A stretch of 64,000 nucleotides of DNA from Octopus sinensis. Taxonomy: Eukaryota. A program made the translations under genes and the position numbers. How positions within the stretch are numbered: the first letter of the stretch is position 1; every line of letters begins with the position of its first letter. Under the pieces are notes generated by a model. That model saw nothing but the letters and a program-made list of their open reading frames with translations. It did no database searches and had not been told where the DNA came from. This document shows positions 1 to 12,800 of this stretch, one piece after another. The stretch spans positions 76,136,001 to 76,200,000 of the forward strand of contig NC_043003.1 in NCBI RefSeq assembly GCF_006345805.1. The letters run 5' to 3'.

Positions 1-405
1 TATGTTTAGGCCCTTGTGGGCAAGAAAGAAATAAGAAACGTTAGCACGCCGGGTGAAATGAGTAGCCGTATTTCGTCTGCCGCTACGTTCTGAGTTCAAA
101 TTCCGCCAAGGTCCACTTTGCGTTTCATCCTTTCGGGGTCGATTAAATAAGTAACAGTTACGCACTGGGGTCAATATAATCGACTTAATCCGTGTGTCTG
201 TCCTTGTTTGTCCTCTCTGTGTTTAGCCCCTTGTGGGTAGTAAAGAACTAGGTATTTCGTCTGTCTTTACGTTCTAAGTTCAAATTCCGCCGACATCAAC
301 TTTCATACTTCGAGGTTGATTAATTATGTACGAGTAGCTTACTGAGATCAGTCTACTCGACTGGCCCCTTCCCCCAAATTTCGGGTCTTGTGTCTACAAT
401 ACAAA
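1..405 (+). mobile_element. tRNA-derived SINE with MetaSINE-like core, tandem partial units
   Basis: B-box-like GAGTTCAAATTCC followed by CTTTGC..TTCATCCTTTCGGGGTCGAT.AA.TAAGTAC core; the same unit recurs at least 9 more times in the window. Confidence 0.7.
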
Positions 406-445
406 ATATTATAGTTTGTGTGTTTGTATAAATGTTGTATGTATG

Positions 446-848
446 TATTCTTTATTCTACTTGACTGCTGCCATGGTGGAGCACCACCTGATGTTGTTTT
501 AGATGAACAAATTGACCCCAGGACTTCTTTTATCGGTTTTTGTTGACGAGCCGCTAAGTAACGGGGACGTAAATGCATCAACACCAGTTACCAAGCGATG
601 GTAGAGGAGATAAACAGACAAACACACAAATATATACATACACACACTCACACACACACATACACACGAGCGCGCGCGCATATACACACACTTGTACGGC
701 TAGCTTCTTTCAGTTCCCGTCTACCAAATCCACGCTCAAGGCTTTGGTCGACTCGAGGTTATAGAAGACACTTACTCAAAGTGTCACTCGGTGAAACTGA
801 ACCCTGAACCATGTGGTTGGGAAACAAGCTTCTTACCAAACAGCCAAG
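446..848 (-). mobile_element. CORE-type tRNA SINE (octopus OR-like)
   Basis: Minus strand: TGGCTG..TGGTAAGAAGCTTG tRNA-like head, CORE-like GAGTAAGTGTCTTCTA, CA/TA microsatellite middle, GGTGCTCCA.CATGGC tail; matches the copies at 1677 and 44982. Confidence 0.75.
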
Positions 849-864
849 GATGTATGTATGTATT

Positions 865-1560
865 AGTTTCCGCTGTAGGGCCGATGCACTGTTGGAGCAC
901 CACCAACTGCTTTTCCTACACCTCCATTAACACTTAACATTTGTCATTTGGTGAATGAGGGAGTTTGATATAGCTGATTTCATTCCAACCTCTTGGCATT
1001 AACTTGGATTTTTTTTATAGTAGGAGATCCAGTTTAGTTTTGAAGATACCTACATCCACAACATGTAGTCCTCTCAGTTACTTTCAAAGTTTGGAGAAAG
1101 TCCTGCCAGAAACTTCCAGATGTATACTGCAGAATATTTTCCCCATATTTTTTCTTAATCTCATGAGCGTTTCCCAGTAGATTATTTGCTGCATTGAGGT
1201 TATCTTTTGCGTATAGCTTCGCTAGACTACTTCGAATTCAAGACGACTTAGAACAAAAGTTCTTCAGAGGACAATCAGCTCTCTTGCTCACACCAACTCC
1301 TGCTAAGCAAACGCGAAGGGGTTTGAGTAAGGTAACAGAATCGGTATATATGGACATTTCCCAGACTGGTTTCATTTAAAAATGGGCCTTTGAGCCTGAA
1401 ATATAAGGAATTTTATAAAAATGTCTCTATTGTTGGAAGCTATCTTATCGTTCCCACGGAAATGTGAAAGTCTGAGCTACTTCGTGTGATAATTTTGAAG
1501 TCATAGTACAAAGTATATTATTCTACCAGGATAACAATTGTTTCTGCACCAGTTGGAAAT
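865..1560 (-). mobile_element. CR1/L2-type LINE 3' fragment (degraded)
   Basis: Minus-strand translation VYIWKFLAGLSPNF resembles the CR1 ORF2 C-terminus; 3' end GGTGGTGCTCCAACAGTGC resembles the CORE-SINE tail (possible partner LINE). Confidence 0.5.
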
Positions 1561-1676
1561 ATGTAATTCCCCCTTGTTTTGTTTTGTTTATATCTCGTAT
1601 TTCATCTTCAAATACACTTTCCAAACACTGAATTCATAATTGTTATTCTTAGTAATGTGATCTATTATTACATATA

Positions 1677-1903
1677 TACTCTTTCACTCTTTTACTTGTC
1701 TCAGTCATTTGACTGTGGCCATGCTGGAGCACCGCCTTTAGTCGAGCAAATCGACCCCAGAACTTATTCTTTGTAAAGCCTAGTACTTATTCTATCGGTC
1801 TCTTTTGCCGAACCTCTAAGTTACGGGGACGAAAATACACCACCATCGGTTGTCAAGCGATGCTGGGGGGAACAAACACACACACACACGCGCGCGCGCA
1901 CAT

Positions 1904-1942
<39 letters not shown>

Positions 1943-2118
1943 CATACACATATACGACGGGCTTCTTTCAGTTTCCATCTACCATATCCACACTCAACGT
2001 TTTGGTCGGCCCGAGGCTATAGTAGAAGACATTTGCTCAAGGTGGCACGCAGTGGGACTGAACCCAGAACCATGTGATTGGTAAGCAAGCTACTTACCAC
2101 ACAGCCACTCCTACGCCT
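1677..2118 (-). mobile_element. CORE-type tRNA SINE
   Basis: Head GGCGTAGGAGTGGCTGTGTGGTAAG, B-box GGTTCAGTCCC, CORE-like CCTTGAGCAAATGTCTTCTACTATAG, tail GGCGGTGCTCCAGCATGGCCACAGTC. Confidence 0.8.
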
Positions 2119-2424
2119 ATCTATTTAATATATGTTTTCATCTGCTAAAATGTTCACTCATCGTCTTCCTCATCGTCATCATCGTTACTATCACGCACTT
2201 GACTGCAAATATGATCAAATTCGTCATCATCATCATCATCATAATCATCATCATTATTTACTTGAATTGATCATTATGAATCATTTAACTACTTATGTTG
2301 TCAGCAAATGTAATCCTGCAGTTTATAATAGCTTAACTATTTTGAATGCTTTTATGAACATATTACGTACGTTTTCTGATTCATTTCATGATTAAGTATG
2401 ACCCATAGTGTCGATGTGTAACTA

Positions 2425-2465
2425 TAACAACAACAACAACAACAACAACAACAGCAATAATAATA

Positions 2466-2496
<31 letters not shown>

Positions 2497-2522
2497 AAAG
2501 AAAAATAATGATGATAATAATA

Positions 2523-2564
<42 letters not shown>

Positions 2565-2590
2565 GATAAATAATAATAATAATAAGATAA
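2425..2590. repeat. (AAC)n/(AAT)n microsatellite
   Basis: Direct reading. Confidence 0.95.
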
Positions 2591-3146
2591 ATGCCCTGAT
2601 GCAGTACCAGGCAGTGGCTCTCATGGCTTCTGATCTTAACTGATTGGAAGTGTTATCATGTACATTGTTTTGTCTTGGTATAAAAGATGGGCTACAGCAA
2701 ATATTCTGCTCAATACCACAGATTTGCTTGTCAGTTGTTTGACCTTAACCAGTTGAGCATGTCCCTTAGTGGCTGACGATATGTGCATCTCTGATCACGA
2801 GCAGAAGTAGTGGGGGAGCATCATAGCCATGTGTTGAGAGGGATTCTTTGGGGTTTGAATAATTCACCTCTGGAAACATGGGTGGTTCTTTCAACATCCT
2901 TAAACAACCCTTATTCAGGGACCTTTTGAGCGGGATGGGCTACTCAACCTGAAGGAAATTCTGACTGGGCCCCACCTACAAGGTCATGTGATGTTTATCT
3001 TGATATGAGATCACCATGTCGCGCACATATGGTTGTGATGCATGTGCCTGGTGTACCCTTATCAGACGGATAGTCATGTTGGGTATATTGGGCTTCGTAT
3101 ATTTTACCCCAGTGTCACTTTGATGGCATGCACTGCTCTCTCACTC
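2591..3146. mobile_element. ~555 bp non-coding interspersed element flanked by (AAT)n, copy 1
   Basis: Near-identical to 17501-18055 with the same two boundaries (ATGCCCTGATGCAG...TCACTC); both copies sit in AAT arrays. Confidence 0.75.
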
Positions 3147-3380
3147 AATAATAATAATAATAATAATAATAGTAATAATAATATAATAATGATAATAATA
3201 ATCATAATAATAACAATAATAATAATAAAAATAGTAATACTGATATCAATACTAATAATGATAAAAATAATAAAAATAGTAATAATGATATCAATAATAA
3301 TAATAATAAAAATAATAAAAATAAAAATAATAATAGTAATAATAATAATAATACTAATACTAATAATAATAATAATAATA

Positions 3381-3445
<65 letters not shown>
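3147..3445. repeat. Degenerate (AAT)n microsatellite
   Basis: Direct reading. Confidence 0.95.
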
Positions 3446-3447
<2 letters not shown>

Positions 3448-3519
3448 GGCAGTTAAGCAGTTGTTGTCGATGAAAAAGGTAGCAGTAGTACCAATAATTG
3501 TCGGAGCCCTGAGAACATT

Positions 3520-6500
3520 ATTATTTCGTTATTTGCCACCAGGGACGATCACAAAACATAGAGGACGATACGCAATCGAGGGACAGTGAGGTTAAACGTG
3601 TGAACAGCCAACAAACAACGAGTAACAAAGATATTAAATCAACAATATGCTTTCGCAATAGGGAAGAGTACCACCGTAAGGTGACCAAAGACAAATTACG
3701 CACTTTGAACCCCTTAACACCAAAGTCTCCTCAGGAAAGCACCCTATCTTCTTCCTTTCATCCAGCCTCCTTAGAGTAGGTTCATTTACGCAGCCATTCG
3801 TACCTCATTCTCTCACCTTTTAATGAACTTACTGGGTGACATACCTCCCTCTCCAGTCTCAATTTCCTTCACAGGTGGAACATTGACAAGTGAATGAGGC
3901 CTTAAGCTAAAGAAGAGGGTAGCCGTCTTCAATCATTTCAATCACGTCCACCATAGAACCTTTTTTGCCATAGCCATCAGACAGAAAAATTAGCCTACAT
4001 CCCCGGCCAAGGGAAGAAGGCAGGATTATCTTTCCAATGGACTCGGACGATAGCCGGATCCGTCCTATAACTGTTCGACATATCTCCACAATTCAGCACT
4101 GCGTGGGCACTATGTGAGAGCATACAGAACGGATTCGTCGCTCCCCGTGCATCTCGGAAAATCCCGACTGACTGCAAACTCGTGCCTATGGAGCTCATCT
4201 CAAACCGGCAGCGCACCCTGTAGCACTGCCAAGCCAGAGATAAATTGAATTTATCAATGGTTCTCGGCCCGAAAGTCCTCAGGAAGAAACCAGCCAGTTG
4301 ATTCGCGTCGATATCCAGGACTTCTCCGAATACGATGTTGCTCTTCCTTTACGCTAATCCCCTATAGAACTCCACACGTGCGTTAAGGTAATGCGGATGT
4401 CTCAGCCTCAATGCATGTCTGCTCATCATTAATCACAGCATGCCAGTCCTCCTGCACCGTCTGACAAGCGGCACCTGTCTCCTCTGCAGGAAGCGGAAGA
4501 CTAAATGCACCAGCCGGTTCAGCCACGAAGCGAGAAAACGGACGACAGTTAGGCGGTAGTATATAACGGATGTGATGTACAAATTCGGCAACTCCACCCG
4601 ATCTTTCAGGAACAGCTTCCTCACAGCCCATTTCTGGGTGAGACTGGCCACCTTGTCTGTCACCTACCTCGTCACTGTTCTTGTACACTTGGAAATCTTG
4701 ACTGAAAAAGATCCTGAGTGACATAAGAGGTCGTTCCGTCCAGCGCCCCACAACCCAGTCGGTTGGCATGGGCCTGCCACCCCAGCTACCTAGCTGCAGG
4801 AGCACTCCTGATTTATCGTTGCTCCTCTCATCACTTCGTATTCCGTTAGAGTAGTGCCGAACGTCTTGATTTCCGAGATGTGTCAACACTATCCCGATGA
4901 CGTCGTCTGCATACGCCGACAAGAACGCACCGCATCCCAGTTCACGCAGGATGCCCCTCGAAGCCTCCAGTTTCCGAAGTAATGGCTCAAATAACATTAC
5001 CTAGAGAATCGATGAGTGTTGTCTTATTTAACGAACCGAACGGACGATACTAAAGGATTCCGAGAGCTGTCCATTTGATCACCGAACCGATGACGCTGTA
5101 CATAGCAGAGATCCACCTTTGAAAACGGGACAGAAATCAGCCGCCTTGAGAACAGCCTCCAAGTGCAGTTGGTCTGCCCGATCAAAATCTTTCAACTGAT
5201 CGAAATGGACCAGGGCTCAATCCATGCCAGTTTTTTTACCATCCCTCTTTATAATGTGTCACATGATGTGGAGGTTGACACGTAGAGTTCTGCTGGGGAT
5301 AGCGCATCACCCACCAGTCTGTCACCGACAATCGCCAAACTCTTTGCTGACACCTTAGCTAAAATTTTGCAATAACACCTCAGCTCACAGATCCGCGTAT
5401 TCTCCCATCCTGCTGCCAGTTACGTAAACGTTTCCAGAAAGATCACCAAACAAATCTGGCATATACAAACAAGGCTCGAAGGAGACCTCATCCACGTGCA
5501 ACTAGCCAACGCATCACGTATATCTTCAGCTGTTATCGGCATATCGCAAGACTCCACGTCTCTCGCCGAAAGCTGCGGCATACCATCAATGTAGGAAGTG
5601 AAGTACACCTCAGCATCCAGGCCACCACGCGCTCCGTACAGTTCAGCAAAGCACTGCTGAAATTCCGCACACAGCTGTTTCAACTCGTCTAGCATGCACC
5701 CGTCTCGACCTCTCAAATACTGAATGGAAGTTTTATTACCACCCGGTCCCATCGAACGGCTTTCGTTCCTTCCTGCTTTAGAGCACGCGTTATAGCTCTG
5801 ACAACGCAACCTTCATGTTTGGTGATGAAGAATTGGTTCAGAGCCAATTTCGATGCCAGTACGTCGGTCGCTATACTTCTACTGAGTGCCTCTTCTAATT
5901 TCCTAACTAGGTTTCTTCTATACTCTGGTCTTCTCTATCACTAGTTCTCTGTTAAATTCCACACCTTCTACTCAATTCCCCCGATTTAGCCCCCTCCCCC
6001 GGGGAAGTACGCTTCAGCTGCCAGTGTCCGTGTTCCTGCCTATGGACCCTATCTAGATCAACCATACAGATCATAAATTTCTGGACTGTGTAGTTGACGA
6101 ATCGAAATTGATGACAACCTATCATACTCCTATCTGCTAACCTACTAAAATACCCTACCTAGATAAGATCTAGCTGACCCGAAGTTGTTTGCCCGTGTCC
6201 ACACTGGAGTATTCCGGAAAACCAGTCCGTACTTATCCGCCACCTGGAAATAACTGAACAGATTTGCGAGGTTTACGCATTCCACCTTCCCATCCGCTAG
6301 CCCCACTCCATCCACACCTGCATCCGAAATGGAGTTCCGATCGACCACTAACACTATTGAGCGAAACCTCCCTAGAAAGGCCTCCAGGTGTCTGAAGAAC
6401 TCCAGCTTCCACGCTCTATTCGATGCATACACTGCGACTAGCCTAAAAGCACTGCCATCGCTATCGTTCACGTCCAGGACCACAGATTTACATTCAGGGT

Positions 6501-7110
6501 CCAGGAAGACCAACCGTATCTCGTGATCCATGCCCTTTCTGTACAACTCTTCCACCCCAACCCCATTCCCCGTCGACTAAGAAATACAATAATTTCTAAG
6601 TCATCGAAGACGGGAGCCACGGACCTTGTGTCCTTGATCGTGGTCTCACTGACGACTATTACATCTAAACTTAACCACCTTCTGTTCTGGTTCTGTGGTC
6701 AGAAAAACTGTAAGTGGGCTGTTGAACCACAATCGTAGCACCTCGGCCATCTGCTTTTCACGTTCACCTTTAGTTCTACTCCATTCGAGAGGGAAATCAG
6801 GTCTGGAACTTTTTCTAACAGCTCTGGCTTCACATAGAGAATAACCTCCGAAGTAGTCCCAATCGAATTTTCCCACCTCGATCATTTACCATCCTTCAAA
6901 TTCGCTCCCCATACACGAGAATCTATCTTAAATTCCGGCCTGGTGCGTCTCCAGATACCGTAATTCGTGCCGCATTTGATTTCATGTACGTTGGGAAGAG
7001 GAAGATTTCCTCGGTGACGATTTCCTTGGTGAGATGCGTATCACCTCGGTCTTCGTGCTACTGTCTCGCTCTGACAATGTGGTGGATATCCTACCATGTG
7101 TCTAAATGTA
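3520..7110 (-). mobile_element. Degraded Tx1/L1-clade LINE (ORF1 remnant, APE endonuclease, RT, 3' end)
   Basis: APE-like ORF piece 6145-6555 (FRLVAVYASN..FFRHL..SYLGRVF); RT pieces 4383-4997 (LSAYADDV, YYRLTVV) homologous to the 54610 ORF; ORF1-like 6770-7110 homologous to 12060-12420; many frameshifts. Confidence 0.85.
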
Positions 7111-7145
7111 TTTCAAGGCTATTTCCACTTTGTCGCGTTTTATTT

Positions 7146-7480
7146 TCTTGGGGTCAGTAGCCCGCGCTCTTAACCACTATGCCATATGCCCGTGAGCAAG
7201 TATGGAGTGAATTTTTAGGGCTTATAATACACCATTGGAAAAAAAATACGAAAACTAAAAGAAGCAGCACATACGCTAGGATAAAACAACCTCCTAACAA
7301 AGACCGAGTGCAGATATAAACAGCACATGGGAACTGGTATTAAGGAAAGATAGGAGAATATTAGATTTATGAGCCCTAAAAATTCACTCCATAATTGCCC
7401 ACGGGCATATGGAGAAGTGGGTATGAGAGCGGGCTACTACCCCCAAGATTCCGAGTTCGATTCCAGGCAGTGACCTGAAA
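7146..7480. mobile_element. Palindromic element with outward-facing tRNA-like heads (long-spacer form)
   Basis: 7147-7224 is an inverted repeat of 7370-7447; the right arm continues into B-box GAGTTCGATTCC, GTGACCTGA and (AAT/AAC)n. Confidence 0.7.
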
Positions 7481-8859
7481 AATAATAACAGCAACAACAA
7501 CCACGATATCAATATGAATTTTAATCACAATTGTTATCATTATTTTTATTATTAATTTATTGCTTATGAAATATTCTGCCACGTGGCCACCGCACGTGGT
7601 GTGGAGATGCCCTACCCTAGGTAGGTGAAATCACGTATCACAACCGCACCTAACAGCTGTACATGGTAGGTCTTTCCCAGCACTGTGGAAGTTTCTATAT
7701 ATGGGCAGGAATAAGAAAACCCCATAAAACTTAAATTTTTGATATTTTGGCACTTTAGAAATTTACTCAAATTTCTCATTAATATGGTATTTATCTCTTT
7801 AATATGTTATTTATCAATATTGTATCTTAGTTCATACTCTGAGGATTTAGTTATAGAAATTTTATAGGTTTATACTACTTATATCAAATTTACTAATCTA
7901 GGTGATTCTGATTGACAACATTGACCTCTGATAACAACATTAACCATTGCTTATGTATATGAATGAGTAATGAAGATAGTTTCTACTTATTTCTGCCGGA
8001 TTTTAAAAGGAGATTATTATTTGAGAATCGGTGTTACTTTGGCTTTTATTCAGGTATCTTTGTAGATCTTATTCATCTTACAGTTTTTTTTTTTTAATAA
8101 AGAGACATTTTTTACGTGAGAAACCGTCCCCGCTCCTCCGCAATTAACCTTGATTATGCCTCCGTAAAAGAACATGAAATCTAATCTAATACTTCCAGTT
8201 AATTCTGATTTCTTCCTAGCCCTTGCTTGCACTAGCGAAATGTTTTGGTATAAGTTTGTTTATATTCAAGTAGCTGTTTAGATTCAAGTATCTATATTTT
8301 AATTATTTTCGTTTTTCAATGTCTGTATTCTTATACTTTTCATATACGGTTCAAGCTTTTGTTGATGCTTTTCTCATTGTAGTTTTTTCGTATAGATTCT
8401 TTTGTATACGTTATTTTTCACTTTCTTCGATGTCTGCTTATTTGAATATTCATATAAGTACTTCGACAAGGAGGTTAACACTCATATACATTTTGATGAC
8501 GATCGATTAAAATCTGAACAGGTTAAATAGAATTACAGACGTCGAAACTTTAAAATTAATCTTTTTGTATTTTAAACAAATATAGTTGGAATAGACACAC
8601 AAACACACACAGATATACACGAATACATTTATTTGGATATATCTATACATGTAAATGCCTCTTTCTCTTTCGCTCTAGATATATGCATACATATATTTGT
8701 ATACATATATGTACGTACGTATGTATGTATGTATGTATGTATGTATGTATGTATGTATGTATGTATGTATGTATGTATGTGTGTATGTATGTATGTATGT
8801 ATGTATGTATGAAATAATACATAAAATTCCATCCAAAAAATTAAGGCATTTTTAAAAAT

Positions 8860-9470
8860 CAAAAATTATCAGCTACATTACGTCTTAGATATCTACCCAA
8901 AGTAGCCGCCCTCACCTTCCAGCACTACCTTCAGGCGTCCCAGGAACTGGCGCATGAGTTCCTCGCTGTGTCATTGGGAAGATCTTCGAACACCTGTTTG
9001 ATCCTGGCTACCTGTTCGGCGTTGACTTTGCAAGCAGAACGGTTGCTGTCTTTCTGAACTGTATGCCACCCATAGAAGTCCATAACATTAAAATCGGAGG
9101 AATTAGGATGACAGAGATTGGGGCTGTTGAACTTGTATAAAATCTCCGACAATTACATCTAAATCTTTACGAAGGTATGGCAAAGAGCTGAAAATTGTAG
9201 CCATGCATCTGTCATTCCAGCAGCAATGAACTCCAGTCGGTAGTTGAACACATTCTCCACAATAGACGTCTGATTTGAGCCTAAGGCTATGTTCAAAGAT
9301 TTGGGGACGAGTGCCTGATGTGTCTCTACTTACTGGCCGCGGCTGTGTAATCTCTGTTGCAGCATTTACAATGTTCACAGTGCATTGAGAAGCAGCTAGA
9401 ATGTCAGCGGTTTGAGACCCAACACAAATCATCACGACACAGATGAATCTTTGCACGTATTCAGAAGCTG
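8860..9470 (-). pseudogene. Tc1/mariner-superfamily transposase fossil (maT-like)
   Basis: Minus ORF 8931-9152 HPNSSDFNVMDFYGW..IKQVFEDLP resembles the WPPNSPDxNPxDY C-terminal motif; fragmented. Confidence 0.6.
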
Positions 9471-9631
9471 CGAGTCCTCCAAGTTCGCAAACTTTCTCTC
9501 GACAACAACTTTAATCTTCAAGGTCTTCAACGCCGTCTTCAAGCTTTTTCTGCTCTTCAAGCTCTTCTTGAAAAAAGAGACATATATAATCTTCAAATTT
9601 AGCCCGAAGGCCCAGTGTGCATATATGTGTA

Positions 9632-9634
<3 letters not shown>

Positions 9635-9677
<43 letters not shown>

Positions 9678-9709
9678 TGTGTGTGTATGTGTGTGTGTGT
9701 GTGTGTGTG

Positions 9710-9762
<53 letters not shown>

Positions 9763-9830
9763 TGTGTGTGTGTGTGTTTGTGTGTGTGTGTATGTGTGTG
9801 TGTGCGTGAGTGTGTGTGAGTGTGTGTGTG
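9635..9830. repeat. (GT)n microsatellite
   Basis: Direct reading. Confidence 0.95.
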
Positions 9831-10383
9831 CATATTATGAATGCATGCATTTTAGTGTTCAAAGAATGAGTGCTGAAAACACAACTATATTAAAAAGGCG
9901 TAGAAACTTTTAGGGTTGTATCTTGGTAAACCATTTTATATATTCGATTTTAAGAAGATTTTCGTAAATTAACGTCAGTCAGTTATACCCTACATTGAGT
10001 CTCAGCAAAGAACCTCATTCTGTTTCTTTTTCCAGATACACAGGTGATCCCTGACTACTAATGTCAACCGCAAGAAATCTTTAGGTATGTGTAAAAAATC
10101 GGATTTACAACACGCAATGAGATATAAGTCAGGAAGTTGTTCGATTCGAAGCTGAGGATGAGATGGTTTATTTTTATGTTGCGTTATATCCGCATAACAT
10201 ACCCGTAGATGTTTCTGTATTATTGCACTTAATTCTAGTAATTGTAACATTTATTGCGTGAGTGTGTAAAGGAACATCATGAGTATTTTAGTAATTCTAT
10301 ATATGTGAGCATTTTATAGGAGGATTGTGTGTGTATAATATAGCAGCTGGAATACTTACCTACACAAACATAAATTACATACA

Positions 10384-10812
10384 AAGGCGGTGAACTGGCA
10401 GAAACGTTAGCACGCCGGGCGAAATGCTTAACAGTATTTCGTCTGCCGCTACATTCTGAGTTCAAATTTCGCCGAGGTCGACTTTGCCTTTCATCCTTTC
10501 GGGTTCGATAAATTAAGTACCAGTTACGCACTGGGGTCGATATAATCGACTTAATCCGTTTGTCTGTTCATGTTTGTCCCTTCTGTATTTAGCCCCTTGT
10601 GGGTAGTAAAGAACTAGGTATTTCATCTGCCGCTACGTTCTGAGTTCAAATTCCGCTGAGGTCGACTGTTCCTTTCATCCTTTCGGGGTCGATAAATTAA
10701 GTACCTGTTATGCACTGTGGTCGATGTAATCGACTTAATCCCTTTGTCTGTCCTTGTTTATCCGCTCTATGTTTTGCCCCTTATGGGTAATAAAAATTAA
10801 GAAATAAGAAAC
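10384..10812 (+). mobile_element. MetaSINE-like tRNA SINE, tandem dimer
   Basis: AAGGCGGTGAACTGGCAGAA head, then two successive B-box + core + tail units. Confidence 0.75.
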
Positions 10813-11574
10813 ATAAACGCACGTACACACACATATATATACACATGTGTGCGTGAGTAGAAAGAAAAAGACTGGGAGAGAAAAACTCAGCATCCTACTG
10901 TCTCTGATGTTCCGTTGGTTCAAAGGTTCGACGGATGAGAGAGTCTACATATTTGCTTGCAACAACATATGTACCTCAAACAACTAGTGAAAGTGATGTA
11001 AAAGCTAACTGGTTGTAATCTCTTGCGAGTGACGGCTAAACTATGTTTTTCTGAGTCCCTGAATGTAAAAGCTTGCGTGTGTTTGTGTATGAGCCTAAAT
11101 GTATGTCTCTATAAGTGTAAGTGTTTGTGCATATTCTCTCTATAGTATAATCAGCACTCTGTAAGTAGGTAGAATCTGTTTGTATGAGTGAGTGACTCTA
11201 TTACCTAGAACTAAAGTAATTAGTATAAACACACTTATTCAACCGAGAAGTTCAATATTAGAAACTTGAAGTTAAATGAGCCGAAAGAATGGCCTGATTG
11301 GTAAACAAGATAATTTACGACAAGATTCAAAATTCTGAACCAGAATTCTATGTTGTGAAAATACACTAACCACATCATTCGGAAATACGAACCGTATATA
11401 AATGCAGCCTGATTTCAAATTTACTGTCGGTCATTTAAAATATGTATCAAGTAGAAGTAGTTATTTTTCTATTTAGGTCGTATATATGGTCAAATATAAA
11501 GCAATTATCTGCAGAAAACGATGTAACCAGATGCAACAAAAGTTGATAACTACCTAGAACGAGACAAAGTAAAT

Positions 11575-11667
<93 letters not shown>

Positions 11668-11919
11668 GCATACATATATACATAACAATATTACCAGTAA
11701 TAGAGCTCCAGATATTGTTGGATGGAAAATAAAAGTTAGTTGATATTCTCAATGTAAGCAGATTAAAGGTTGCAAAAGATAAAGAGTTAATCTCGAGACA
11801 GCTCATTGAAATAGAAATAGAACCCAAATTGAAGTGGAACACGAAGTGGTAACTTTAAATTTAGGATATTCAATTATTAGCCAAGAACAATTTTGTGTGT
11901 CATTCAACTGAAACTTCGA

Positions 11920-12800
11920 GAACTAGTATTCTGCATACAGAGGTGAAATCACCGTCCTTCGATCAGGTAGTTCACATATCAACGTATATGAAAAATAGAA
12001 TGGAAAAACAGAAGAGGTTAACAAAACTATGCATCCGAAATTTATGACGCGGATATTTAAATGCATACCAAGCCATTTCTCAAACTGCTCTGGCTTCACA
12101 TGGAGAACCTCCAAGGTAGTCCCAACCCAATTCTCCCTCCTCGATCTTTTAATGTCCAGGAAATTTTGCCCGTCGTCCCAACAAATAAACGCGGGAATCC
12201 ACCATAGCTTAAAGCTTGGTGGGTTTGCAGGTACCGTAATTCGTACCGCTCTCCTTCCCATGTACGTTGGAGAGAGGGTAATTTCCTCGGTGCGTCGCGT
12301 GGTCACCGAGTTCTATGGCGCCTGACCCTCGGTCTTGAAAAGGACCTTTACTCCACCGTACTGTCTTGTTCTCTCAATGTGGTAAATATCTTGCCATATG
12401 TCTTCCAAGCTTCTTTTTTTCCAACCGGTCACGTTTAGCACTTTTGAGCTTCCTTGTGTTTGTGTTTACACACCTGTTGACTACTGGTCGTTTCGTGTTG
12501 TTTGAGGCGTCAATTCTGTTCATATTCCATTCTTTTTGTTAGAGTCTTCGCAGCTGCTATTCTCAATGTTGTTCTTCGAACTACTACAATTTCCATGTAG
12601 TGAGGAAGACTTTACTTCTTCCTTCCTCTCGCCTTCTTTCTGCTATTCCTCTCCTTTCTTCTATTCTTGACTCTTCATTTCTTCTTCATCTTGATTTCCT
12701 TCCTGCTGTCTGGTGCCAACCATCGTGGCGAGGACGGGGAACTCCTCTTGCAAATTGCCGTACTAACTTCCTTCGTCAATCCCGCCATTCGTCGCCATCA
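11920..12800 (-). mobile_element. Isolated ORF1 fragment of the Tx1-like LINE family
   Basis: Nucleotide similarity to 6770-7110 (CTCTGGCTTCACAT.GAGA..., GTACGTTGG..GAG..ATTTCCTCGGTG); ORF 11923-12306. Confidence 0.6.

Noticed and set aside
2132-2395. 87-aa poly-His ORF conserved at 45457-45720
   Set aside because: The conservation comes from a recent DNA duplication; poly-His comes from a (CAT)n microsatellite; no splice or domain evidence.
2591-2700. HDV-like ribozyme at the end of the 555-bp element
   Set aside because: I could not build the nested P1-P2-P3-P1.1-P4 pseudoknot by eye in either orientation.
9480-9585. Possible terminal exon on minus (ELEEQKKLEDGVEDLED*) after a ttttcaag acceptor
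   Set aside because: It lies directly upstream of the transposase fossil and has no supporting upstream exons.
10033-10087. AG...GTATGT-bounded 49-nt candidate exon
   Set aside because: Stops in all three frames; could only be non-coding, and nothing supports that.
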